From an uncultured Phascolarctobacterium sp. (GTDB lineage: Bacteria > Bacillota > Negativicutes > Acidaminococcales > Acidaminococcaceae): a stretch of DNA of 64,000 nt. The translations under genes were made by a program, and so were the position numbers. The notes below the pieces were generated by a model that did not search any database, was not told where the DNA came from, and saw only the letters and a program-made list of their open reading frames with translations. This document shows, piece after piece, positions 41,176 to 49,028 of the stretch; position 1 is the stretch's first letter; the number at the start of each line of letters is the position of its first letter. The DNA lies in contig CASFJU010000004.1 of assembly GCA_949295115.1 (NCBI GenBank), forward strand, positions 120,153 to 184,152. Reading direction: 5' to 3'.

Positions 41176-41607
41176 ATGCAGGGCAAAAAATATATAGCTA
41201 TGGCGCTGGTTTGCGGCTTTGTGCTTGGCAGCAGCACCGCGCCGGTACAGGCAGGCATTTTGGGCACGGTGTTAAAAGGCGGCGCTATCGGCGTTTTGGT
41301 TAACCAGTTTGACGACCAGCTTAACAGCGCCATCAACACCTTAACGGGTAAATACGCTGTCAGCAGCGATTACGCTACCAAGGTTGTGCCGGTAATTACC
41401 GTCGGCGACGGCAGCTACGCCGGTGCGGCACAGGTCAGCGGCCCGCACGCACAGGTTGAAAAATGCAAGGCTGCCCTTTTGATTGAAGCCTCGTTTTTCG
41501 GCAGTTTCCGCGCAAAAGCGCTGATACCGATTGACAAGATTGACATTACCGACGTTAACCGCGTGCAGGGCGTTGGCGTATCGGCACAGATTGACGTAAA
41601 ACTTTAA
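41176..41607 (+). CDS. Secreted hypothetical protein
   Basis: AGGAGG RBS; signal peptide. Confidence 0.7.
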   Translation: MQGKKYIAMALVCGFVLGSSTAPVQAGILGTVLKGGAIGVLVNQFDDQLNSAINTLTGKYAVSSDYATKVVPVITVGDGSYAGAAQVSGPHAQVEKCKAALLIEASFFGSFRAKALIPIDKIDITDVNRVQGVGVSAQIDVKL

Positions 41608-41619
41608 TGGAGAAAACTT

Positions 41620-42327
41620 GTGACGGCAGCAGATTTTATCAAAAAGCTACAATTATATAACAAGCCTTCGGTGTTTAACCCGTGGCAGGATTACGACCCC
41701 GAGTGCGACATCGGGCCGGAAGCCCCTGTTATCCGCGCGGCGAATTTACGGCGTTACCTTGAGCTGCGCAAAAGCGCGCACTTTTTGTTCATCGCCGAAG
41801 GGCTGGGCTACCAGGGTGGGCATTTCAGCGGCATGGCCATGACGAGCGAGCGCATTTTGCTGGGCTGCCACCCAGACGTAAACCCGCAGGCCGTACTGGG
41901 CGACTGGGATTACAAACGCACCAGCAACCCCGAAAGCGCGCGCCTGAACCGCACGCAGAAGCTGTACGGCTTTAACGAGCCGACGGCGACGGTGATGTGG
42001 AACACAATTGCGCGGCACGGGCTTTCGCCTTACGACACGGTTTTGTGGAACATTTTTCCGTTCCATCCTTATAAAGAAGGTAATATTTTAAGCAACCGCA
42101 CGCCTACCGGCGAGGAGCTGGACGTTGGCATTGAGTACGCAAGGATGCTGATGCAGCTCATCCCCGGGATGAAGGTGGTCGCCATCGGTCGCAAATCGCA
42201 GCAGACGCTGGGCAAATACGGCGTAGCATGCGACTGCGTGCCGCACCCTTCCATGGGCGGCGCCAATGCGTTTAAAGCGGCGGTGGCGGCGCTGTTTGCC
42301 GCGCAGGGCGGTGAAGCGAATGGCTAA
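41620..42327 (+). CDS. Uracil-DNA glycosylase superfamily protein
   Basis: FIAEGLGYQGGHFSG, EPTATV, WNIFPFHP, NRTP, HPS motifs. Confidence 0.8.
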   Translation: MTAADFIKKLQLYNKPSVFNPWQDYDPECDIGPEAPVIRAANLRRYLELRKSAHFLFIAEGLGYQGGHFSGMAMTSERILLGCHPDVNPQAVLGDWDYKRTSNPESARLNRTQKLYGFNEPTATVMWNTIARHGLSPYDTVLWNIFPFHPYKEGNILSNRTPTGEELDVGIEYARMLMQLIPGMKVVAIGRKSQQTLGKYGVACDCVPHPSMGGANAFKAAVAALFAAQGGEANG

Positions 42328-43102
42328 AACTGATTTTACGCGCGACCAGACCATCAACATCGCCGTTAAAATCGGCAAAATTCTGCTGAAAAGCGGCGCG
42401 GAAACCTACCGCGTGGAAGATACCATATCGCGCTGCTGCCTTGTCCACGGCTACGAAGTTGACCCGTTTGTAACGCCGACCGTTATCATTTTGGGCAACG
42501 AGGACACCGACAGCTTTATCCGCGTAAGCCGCATTGGCTACCGCAGCACCAATTTAAGCCTCATCAGTGAAATGAACACCATGTCCTATAACTTCCACAA
42601 GTGGGATAAAAGTTACGAAGAAACCTGCGCGTGGCTGGAGAAAAAATGGCGGCAGCCTGCGCCATACGGCAAGTGGGCTGTGTGCCTTGCTTCCGGCATC
42701 GGCTCGGCGGCGTTTGCGGCCATGCTGGGCGGTAACAGCCACGACTTTATTGCGGCCTTTGTAACGGGCGGCATGGCAATGGTGGTGCTTAAGCAAATTG
42801 CTGGCTACCACCCCAGCGCCTTTTGGGAAAACGCCATTGCGGGCGTGGCTATCGGCGCTGTTGCGCTGCTTTGCTGCGCCATGAGCGTGCAATGCACGAT
42901 GGAAAAAATCATCGTAGGCGCGCTGATGCCTTTCGTGCCGGGCGTGCCGTTCTGCAACGGGCTGCGTGACTACATGGCAGGCAATTTGATGAGCGGCAAC
43001 TCGCGTATCGCGGAAGCGCTGCTGTTTGCGTCGTCCATCGCCATCGGCATCGCGTTTGTGCTGCGCGTGTGGTTCATCTGGGGGTGGGATTTATGGAAAT
43101 GA
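42320..43102 (+). CDS. ThrE family threonine/serine exporter, subunit 1
   Basis: LLKSGAETYRVEDT, VPGVPFCNGLRD. Confidence 0.88.
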   Translation: MAKTDFTRDQTINIAVKIGKILLKSGAETYRVEDTISRCCLVHGYEVDPFVTPTVIILGNEDTDSFIRVSRIGYRSTNLSLISEMNTMSYNFHKWDKSYEETCAWLEKKWRQPAPYGKWAVCLASGIGSAAFAAMLGGNSHDFIAAFVTGGMAMVVLKQIAGYHPSAFWENAIAGVAIGAVALLCCAMSVQCTMEKIIVGALMPFVPGVPFCNGLRDYMAGNLMSGNSRIAEALLFASSIAIGIAFVLRVWFIWGWDLWK

Positions 43103-43584
43103 TTACCGCCTTTTTCTTCGCCTCCCTTGCGACCATGGCGTTTGCCATTTTGTTTCAGGCGCCGAAAAAAGTCGTGCTTATCGACGGCATTATCGGAGCT
43201 ATCGGCTGGGTAGTGTTTATCTACCTGCGGCATGAACTTGGCTATACCTCGTTCGTGTCCAATTTTACGGCAACAATTTCTCTGGCGCTGGCCAGCGAAT
43301 TAAGTTCGCGCATTTTTAAACAGCCGGTAACGGTGTTTGTTATCCCGGGTATTGTGCCGCTGGTGCCGGGGCTCGGCATTTATCAGGGCATGTTTGCCAT
43401 TATCAACAACGATTACAACAACGGCACTTCCATTTTACTGACGGCCATGACGGACTCCGTCGCTATCGCCATCGGCGTGATGCTGGTATCCAGCCTGTTC
43501 CGCGTAATTAAAGTACGCCGCTTCATGCTGCAATACCGCCGTTCCAAACGCCAGATGGAAATGAAAGTAAAGGGTAAGAAATAA
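43093..43584 (+). CDS. ThrE family exporter, subunit 2 (ThrE_2)
   Basis: VIPGIVPLVPGLGIY; AIAIG; overlaps subunit 1. Confidence 0.85.
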   Translation: MEMITAFFFASLATMAFAILFQAPKKVVLIDGIIGAIGWVVFIYLRHELGYTSFVSNFTATISLALASELSSRIFKQPVTVFVIPGIVPLVPGLGIYQGMFAIINNDYNNGTSILLTAMTDSVAIAIGVMLVSSLFRVIKVRRFMLQYRRSKRQMEMKVKGKK

Positions 43585-43651
43585 AAAGCGTAGCCCTTCT
43601 TCCTTGCCAAGATAGACGGGCTGTGCTATAATTATTACTGCAATTTAATAT

Positions 43652-43726
43652 GCGGGTGTAGTTCAGTGGTAGAACAATAGCTTCCCAAGCTATGTGTCGC
43701 GAGTTCGAGTCTCGTCACCCGCTCCA
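43652..43726 (+). tRNA. tRNA-Gly(CCC), integration target of the island
   Basis: Cloverleaf; ATAGC-TT CCC AA-GCTAT; CCA; promoter TTGCCA...TGCTATAAT upstream. Confidence 0.95.
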
Positions 43727-43727
43727 G
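43682..43727 (+). repeat. attL core (46-bp direct repeat)
   Basis: TTCCCAAGCTATGTGTCGCGAGTTCGAGTCTCGTCACCCGCTCCAG, identical to 61096-61141. Confidence 0.95.
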
Positions 43728-43806
43728 TAAATAAGCGCACTTGCAAATCTTTGCAAGTGCTTTTTTATTGAAAAACCAAAGATAAGACTTATTTTAAGAC
43801 TAAATT

Positions 43807-43846
43807 AAAAAATCCGTTAGAGTATTATTACTCTGACGGATTTTTT
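43807..43846 (-). terminator. Terminator of the XRE gene
   Basis: AAAAAATCCGTTAGAGTA/TACTCTGACGGATTTTTT hairpin. Confidence 0.7.
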
Positions 43847-43847
43847 A

Positions 43848-44456
43848 TTACTCTGCAAATATCGGCGATTTATTTTCGAAAACTACATTGAGCGATTTAA
43901 TGCAATGCTCTAAAAATTCTTTATTTGCTCCACTAATCAAAAGATAATGAAATATTTGATAGGCCTTAATTTTGATTTCAGACTCATCTTTATCAGCAAA
44001 TTCATAAATTCGATCTCCGACATACCGTTCCCATTCATACTTAATGATATAGAGCAAAAAAATAATATCTGCTCGAGCAGCTAATGAATATGTTTGTTGA
44101 CGAATTTCATAATTTTTATAGTCATCTGGCAACTCAATCGGCACATCTACTGTTGTATCACAAACCGTCACTGTTAACGGAAATGAAGAAGGTTCCAAAA
44201 TTTTAATAACAGATTCGGAGTATTTTTCATCTGAACGGCCAAGCAACCAGTCTAAATTAACAGCAAAAATATCAGCAACAAATTGTAAATTATCAACTGT
44301 AGGAGTCCGCTTATTATTTTCCCATAAACTTAAAGTAGATTGGCTTAAATTTATCACATTAAATACTGAACAATATCTTGCTAACACAGAATGAGTTAAC
44401 TGATATTGCATTCGTATACTTTTTAATCGGTTCGCAAACAGTTCTGAATTAAACAC
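43848..44456 (-). CDS. XRE family HTH repressor of the element
   Basis: FANRLKSIR...LSQSTLSLWENNKRTP...VNLDWLLGRS; GAGGTG RBS before GTG at 44456. Confidence 0.85.
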   Translation of the reverse strand: MFNSELFANRLKSIRMQYQLTHSVLARYCSVFNVINLSQSTLSLWENNKRTPTVDNLQFVADIFAVNLDWLLGRSDEKYSESVIKILEPSSFPLTVTVCDTTVDVPIELPDDYKNYEIRQQTYSLAARADIIFLLYIIKYEWERYVGDRIYEFADKDESEIKIKAYQIFHYLLISGANKEFLEHCIKSLNVVFENKSPIFAE

Positions 44457-44478
44457 AAAACACACCTCGTACTAAAAT

Positions 44479-44575
44479 AATATTGCAAAATTCATTGACA
44501 TTATTGCAATAACGCTTTATAATTATTATAACAATATTGCAATTGTAATATTGTTATAATAATAAGGCAATATTA
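44479..44575. promoter_or_regulatory. Divergent control region with consensus rightward promoter and operator palindromes
   Basis: TTGACA (44495)-17-TATAAT (44518); TTATTGCAATAA palindrome in the spacer; 42-bp near-perfect palindrome at 44522-44563. Confidence 0.75.
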
Positions 44576-44614
44576 ATATATCTAAATTATATCATAGTTG
44601 GGACTGATTGAACA

Positions 44615-45250
44615 GTGAAGAACGCTTTTTGTATAGACAAACGTGTTATTTCCGGTGCCCGCTTTTTGCGTTTAAGCGCTACAGCACAATCACTTTACTT
44701 TCATTTAAACGCTGACGCAGATGATGACGGCATCGTCGAAGCCTTTGCAACTGTCAACAAAATACGGGCTAATGAGCAAGACTTAATACAACTCATTCAA
44801 GCCAATTTTATTGTATTACTCAATAAAAATGAATTGGTAGCATATATCACGGACTGGGTACGAAATAATAAAGGGCTTGATATACGTTGGCATAAGCAAA
44901 GCGAATATCTACAGCTTTTAGCTGATGTATGTCCTGATGCAAAGATTTATGTTGCAATATTACGCAATGGCAAGAAAATTAAATTGTTAACTACGGCCAA
45001 AGAAGCCATAATGACAAAGAATACTAATAAAGATAACAGTACAACACAAGAGAATCTCATGGATTCTCTTGATATTCTCAAGCTAAAAACAAGACAAGAG
45101 AATAACAATAATAAGTTATTCTCTTGTCTTGATAGTAGTATATATCAATGTCCTACTTGTGATGGTAAAGGAACTGTGGATAACTTGCTATGTGAAACCT
45201 GTCATGGCACAGGCTTAATTCAATATCATAAAAAGGAGAAATCAAAATGA
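44615..45250 (+). CDS. Phage-type replisome organiser / replication initiator with C-terminal DnaJ-type zinc finger
   Basis: N-terminus FLRLSATAQSLYFHLNADADDDGIV...ITDW resembles Firmicute phage replisome organisers; C-terminus has CPTCDGKG...CETCHGTG. Confidence 0.7.
   Translation: MKNAFCIDKRVISGARFLRLSATAQSLYFHLNADADDDGIVEAFATVNKIRANEQDLIQLIQANFIVLLNKNELVAYITDWVRNNKGLDIRWHKQSEYLQLLADVCPDAKIYVAILRNGKKIKLLTTAKEAIMTKNTNKDNSTTQENLMDSLDILKLKTRQENNNNKLFSCLDSSIYQCPTCDGKGTVDNLLCETCHGTGLIQYHKKEKSK
45047..45131. repeat. Two inverted-repeat pairs with CAAGAGAAT core (candidate origin iterons)
   Basis: CAAGAGAATC/GATTCTCTTG (10 bp perfect) and CAAGACAAGAGAATAAC/GTTATTCTCTTGTCTTG (17 bp perfect). Confidence 0.8.
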
Positions 45251-45453
45251 CTAAAAAATTTTATAGCGTCGCTGAAGTAGTCGATATAATTGGAAACATT
45301 AGCAAGGGCAATATTTATCGCCTGATTAAACGTGGTGATATACCTGCTATGTATATTGGGCAACGCCCTTTTGTGCCTTGCAGCTGGGTAGCGAGCAAAC
45401 TGGCAGAAGCAGATGCGTGGCAAACTAAACATACCACGCCTACCAAAGCCTAA
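45247..45453 (+). CDS. Excisionase-like HTH protein
   Basis: 68 aa; FYSVAEVVDIIGNISKGNIYRLIKRGDIPA..IG..; directly upstream of the integrase. Confidence 0.8.
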   Translation: MTKKFYSVAEVVDIIGNISKGNIYRLIKRGDIPAMYIGQRPFVPCSWVASKLAEADAWQTKHTTPTKA

Positions 45454-46685
45454 TGGCACGCCGGGCATGGGGCGAAGGCTCCGTCTTTTTTGACAAAGTT
45501 AATCAGCGTTGGACATGGAGGGGCACATACCTGATAAATGGTATAAAAACTCCAAAAACATTAACTGCAAAACGGCAAATAGATTTAAAAGAAAAAGTAG
45601 AAAAATTTAAATTTGATGTCAATCAAGGAGTTTTTGACAGCGCCAATATCACTGTTGCTGATTGGATAAAAAAATATTTAATTTTGTTTGTACAACCTAC
45701 GGTTCGTCCATCGACTTTTAACACTTATACTGAAAAATTAAACTTTGTTGTGCGAGCCTTTGGAGAACGAAAATTAAAAACTTTAACCCCTATGGAATTA
45801 CAAAATTTTTTTAATTCTCTTGCTATTGACGGTGGCGCAAAACGACAGGGTCTTTCTCCTACATCTGTCAATACAATTCGCCGTTACTTTAAAGCAGCCT
45901 GCCAAGCAGCTGTTAAAAATCATCTGCTTACAGATAACCCTGTCGATGGAACAAAAGCACTCCGCACAAAAAAGCCCGTAATTATTGTAGCTGATGAAGA
46001 TGAAGTCTTACGCTTGTTAGAAGTAGCTAAAGACGGTTCATATATTTACGAAGGAGTAAAAAACAAAAATTATATTACTGAAAATGAAGGCACTAAATAT
46101 TATAAACAATGTTTTTTCAATGTAGTTAATTTAGACTTGGCCACCGGATTGCGTAGCAGTGAATTATTTGGCTTACGTTGGCAAAACATTAATTGGGCCA
46201 AAGGCTATATCGACTTAAAAGAACAACTATTAATCATCAATGGTAAATATACTTTTTGTGAATTAAAGACTGATAAATCGAAACGCAAAATATACCTAAG
46301 TGAAAAGGTTATTGTTGAGCTACGCCGTTGGAAAATATATCAAAATTTTTACGCAGAAATGCTTGGCGATAAATTTGAAAATATACATAATTTGATTTTT
46401 ACCAACACATTTGGAGGATTTGTAAATGTACAAAACTTTAAACGCCGTTATTATTTTAAGATGCTTTCCGCCGCCGGTATCCAAAAAGGTTTTAACATTC
46501 ACTCCATGCGGCACACTCATGCAACTTTGCTTTTAAAGCATGGTGTAAAACCAAATGTTGTGGCTGATAGATTAGGGCACAGCAATGCTACAGTAACACT
46601 CAACATCTATGCACATGTACTCGAAAATATGGAAGATACTGCACCTAATACTTGGCAAGATATTTTAAAAGGGGAGAATTTATAA
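45453..46685 (+). CDS. Tyrosine integrase of the element
   Basis: N-terminal arm-binding region RRAWGEGSV; catalytic TGLR, HSMRH, LGH, IY all present. Confidence 0.93.
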   Translation: MARRAWGEGSVFFDKVNQRWTWRGTYLINGIKTPKTLTAKRQIDLKEKVEKFKFDVNQGVFDSANITVADWIKKYLILFVQPTVRPSTFNTYTEKLNFVVRAFGERKLKTLTPMELQNFFNSLAIDGGAKRQGLSPTSVNTIRRYFKAACQAAVKNHLLTDNPVDGTKALRTKKPVIIVADEDEVLRLLEVAKDGSYIYEGVKNKNYITENEGTKYYKQCFFNVVNLDLATGLRSSELFGLRWQNINWAKGYIDLKEQLLIINGKYTFCELKTDKSKRKIYLSEKVIVELRRWKIYQNFYAEMLGDKFENIHNLIFTNTFGGFVNVQNFKRRYYFKMLSAAGIQKGFNIHSMRHTHATLLLKHGVKPNVVADRLGHSNATVTLNIYAHVLENMEDTAPNTWQDILKGENL

Positions 46686-46687
46686 AA

Positions 46688-46760
46688 GCTGGGGTTTAAG
46701 GGGTTTACCCCTTGCCAGTGCTATCGTTGGTACCAGAAAGGTACCACGATGGGGAGCTGG
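46688..46760 (+). promoter_or_regulatory. Candidate oriT
   Basis: AAGGGG-TTTA-CCCCTTGCCAG hairpin plus ATCGTTGGTACC/GGTACCACGAT inverted repeat immediately upstream of mobC. Confidence 0.5.
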
Positions 46761-46792
46761 CCAATCAATATAATAATAAACGAGGTTGTAAA

Positions 46793-47107
46793 ATGGCACC
46801 AAAGTCAAAAACAGGTAAAAATTGCGATTTGCATTTGCGCGTCAATACTCAATTAAAAATATATATCGCTAATAAAGCTTCTGAAAATAATAAAACAATT
46901 AATGATTATTGTACAGATATTTTAAAAAATTATAAATATGCCAACCAGCTGATGAATATTGAGGCAATTCAGAAGAAGAAAGTTCGGCTTTTATCAAATT
47001 TAGCTAATAATTTAAATCAGCTTGCAAAACTATGTAATAGTGAAAAAGAGGCACCTCAAAAAGAAATGTTGTTAGCTATGTGGAATGATTTAAAAGCAAT
47101 AAGGTGA
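46793..47107 (+). CDS. mobC: MobC-type relaxosome accessory protein
   Basis: RHH-like N-terminus (LHLRVN), LSNLANNLNQLAKLCN motif; precedes the relaxase. Confidence 0.85.
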   Translation: MAPKSKTGKNCDLHLRVNTQLKIYIANKASENNKTINDYCTDILKNYKYANQLMNIEAIQKKKVRLLSNLANNLNQLAKLCNSEKEAPQKEMLLAMWNDLKAIR

Positions 47108-47111
47108 TTTT

Positions 47112-48074
47112 ATGCCAATACTAAAAGCGATAGATAATCCTGGAAAAAGCGTGGGAACTGTTATCAATTATGCAGATAAAGACCGAAAAAAAGAAATGAA
47201 TGACACATTATTTTTCGGTATAAATTGTGCTGATAATGCTGAAATTGCAGCCTATCAAATGCAAAAAACTAAAGAGTTTTATAATAAAACCGATGGCAGG
47301 CAATATAAGCATTATGTATTATCTTTCGCATCCAACGAAATAAGTATAGAAAGCGCAAAAATATATGCAAAAGAATTTGGCGAACAATGCTTTGGTGAAC
47401 GTTTTGAAGTAGCTGTTGGCATACATGTAAACAGTGAAGGTGGCAAGATACATGCACATTTTGTAGTAAATTCCGTGAGCTTTATTGACGGCAAAAAGCT
47501 ACATTTTGGTAAAGAAGATTTGGAAAATTTTAAATCTATAAACGATTGTTTAGCAAAGCAATATGGACTAAAAGTAATCGACCGCAACCCTGAAGCAGTA
47601 AAAGCACGAGGCCGCCCTCAAATGTATTCACAAAAAATGTATTGGCAATTTACTCAAAAAATAAAAGATAGCTGGGTTGCTCAATGTTCTGTTTCTGTTA
47701 ATGAATCATTAAAAACTAACCCAAAAAACTTTAATGAATTTGCCGAAAAAATGCAAGCAAACGGATGGGACACCCAAATACGTGGAAAGAATATAACTTT
47801 TAGCTGTATTCAAAATCCCAAGTTAAAAGTACGCGCTAACACTTTGGCAAGAAAGTTTAATAATGATACATTAAGCACAGCTAATATAATGCGAGTTTGC
47901 AATACCGAAAACCAGTATGATTTTATTAAAAAATCTGAACAACCAACTTTAACTAAAAATATGACAAATATAGTATCTGCGGTTAAAAATTTATCTCAAT
48001 ATGATAATTCAATACCAACCACAAAAGGATTTAAAGTAAATTTAGATAGTCGGGATGACGACTACGAAAGATAA
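47112..48074 (+). CDS. MOBP-family relaxase / mobilisation nuclease
   Basis: Motif I Tyr (VINY), YKHYVLSF, motif III GKIHAHFVVNSVS. Confidence 0.9.
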   Translation: MPILKAIDNPGKSVGTVINYADKDRKKEMNDTLFFGINCADNAEIAAYQMQKTKEFYNKTDGRQYKHYVLSFASNEISIESAKIYAKEFGEQCFGERFEVAVGIHVNSEGGKIHAHFVVNSVSFIDGKKLHFGKEDLENFKSINDCLAKQYGLKVIDRNPEAVKARGRPQMYSQKMYWQFTQKIKDSWVAQCSVSVNESLKTNPKNFNEFAEKMQANGWDTQIRGKNITFSCIQNPKLKVRANTLARKFNNDTLSTANIMRVCNTENQYDFIKKSEQPTLTKNMTNIVSAVKNLSQYDNSIPTTKGFKVNLDSRDDDYER

Positions 48075-48090
48075 AAAGGAGAAGATAAAA

Positions 48091-48273
48091 ATGATTAAAT
48101 CAAATAATAGTTTAAAATTAAAAGGCAATGTTATGAATAAACAAATTACATCTTATCAAAAGCAAATTGACAAGATAACGGAAAATGGTAAAAATGCAGT
48201 CATCTTGCGGTATATATATTGGGCTATTATTGTTTTTGGTATTTTGAGTATAGTATATCGCGTGACTAAATAA
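48091..48273 (+). CDS. Small hypothetical protein with C-terminal TM helix
   Basis: AAGGAG RBS before ATG at 48091; YIYWAIIVFGILSIVY. Confidence 0.5.
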   Translation: MIKSNNSLKLKGNVMNKQITSYQKQIDKITENGKNAVILRYIYWAIIVFGILSIVYRVTK

Positions 48274-48518
48274 TGAAAATTCAAGAGAAAAAGGAGCATG
48301 TAAAAATGTATAAGGCAAATATAGCACCAAAATTAAAAAAGCTTACTGCTAAAAAGGAAAAAATGGAAGTTTTAAAAAAAGAAATAGAGCAGCTTGAAAC
48401 TGAAATTACCAATGCTAAAAATAAAGAGATCCATCGTTTGTCCATACAATATTTTACTGCTAAAGATGCTGATACGCGTATGCAGATTGAATCTCAAATT
48501 AAAATATTAATGGAGTAA
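48273..48518 (+). CDS. Small coiled-coil hypothetical protein
   Basis: TAATG stop/start coupling; heptad-like Lys/Glu pattern. Confidence 0.55.
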   Translation: MKIQEKKEHVKMYKANIAPKLKKLTAKKEKMEVLKKEIEQLETEITNAKNKEIHRLSIQYFTAKDADTRMQIESQIKILME

Positions 48519-48524
48519 TACTAA

Positions 48525-48902
48525 ATGGATTTAGAAGAATTGGCAGCACAAGTGCAGCAATCAACGCCGGAAGAAAAAATTTCTAAAAAATTTGATGAAG
48601 TCATAGAAACTTTAACAGCAATCAAAGCCCAAAATGAATTAATTTTAAAACATGATAAAGCAATATATAGTAATGTTGTGAATGGTAATAAAAAATTTAA
48701 TACCCAATTTGAAAAAATATCTCAAATTTTGCTTGCTGCCGATAAAAACATTAATTCTATTATTGGGCATCTTTCGGATATTACAGCACAAGTACAATCT
48801 GTAATTATAAGCCGTAATTACGTTGATAATTTACACCTTGCACTTTTGGCGCTTTGCTGTTTTGAATGTTTAATTATAGTTTATATTTCATTTTTTAAAT
48901 AA
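48525..48902 (+). CDS. Hypothetical coiled-coil protein with C-terminal TM anchor
   Basis: 125-aa ORF ending LALLALCCFECLIIVYISFFK. Confidence 0.6.
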   Translation: MDLEELAAQVQQSTPEEKISKKFDEVIETLTAIKAQNELILKHDKAIYSNVVNGNKKFNTQFEKISQILLAADKNINSIIGHLSDITAQVQSVIISRNYVDNLHLALLALCCFECLIIVYISFFK

Positions 48903-48918
48903 GCATTAATTTTGTTTT

Positions 48919-48954
48919 AAATACGGACAATCACTATTTAGATTGTCCGTATTT
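48919..48954 (+). terminator. Terminator ending the mobilisation operon
   Basis: Perfect 14-bp arms AAATACGGACAATC/GATTGTCCGTATTT. Confidence 0.75.
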
Positions 48955-49028
48955 TCATTTATGTTTTCAATCGTGTAATATGTTATAATTATACTAATTA
49001 AAAGTTTTTTACCGTTGGAGGCAATTAC

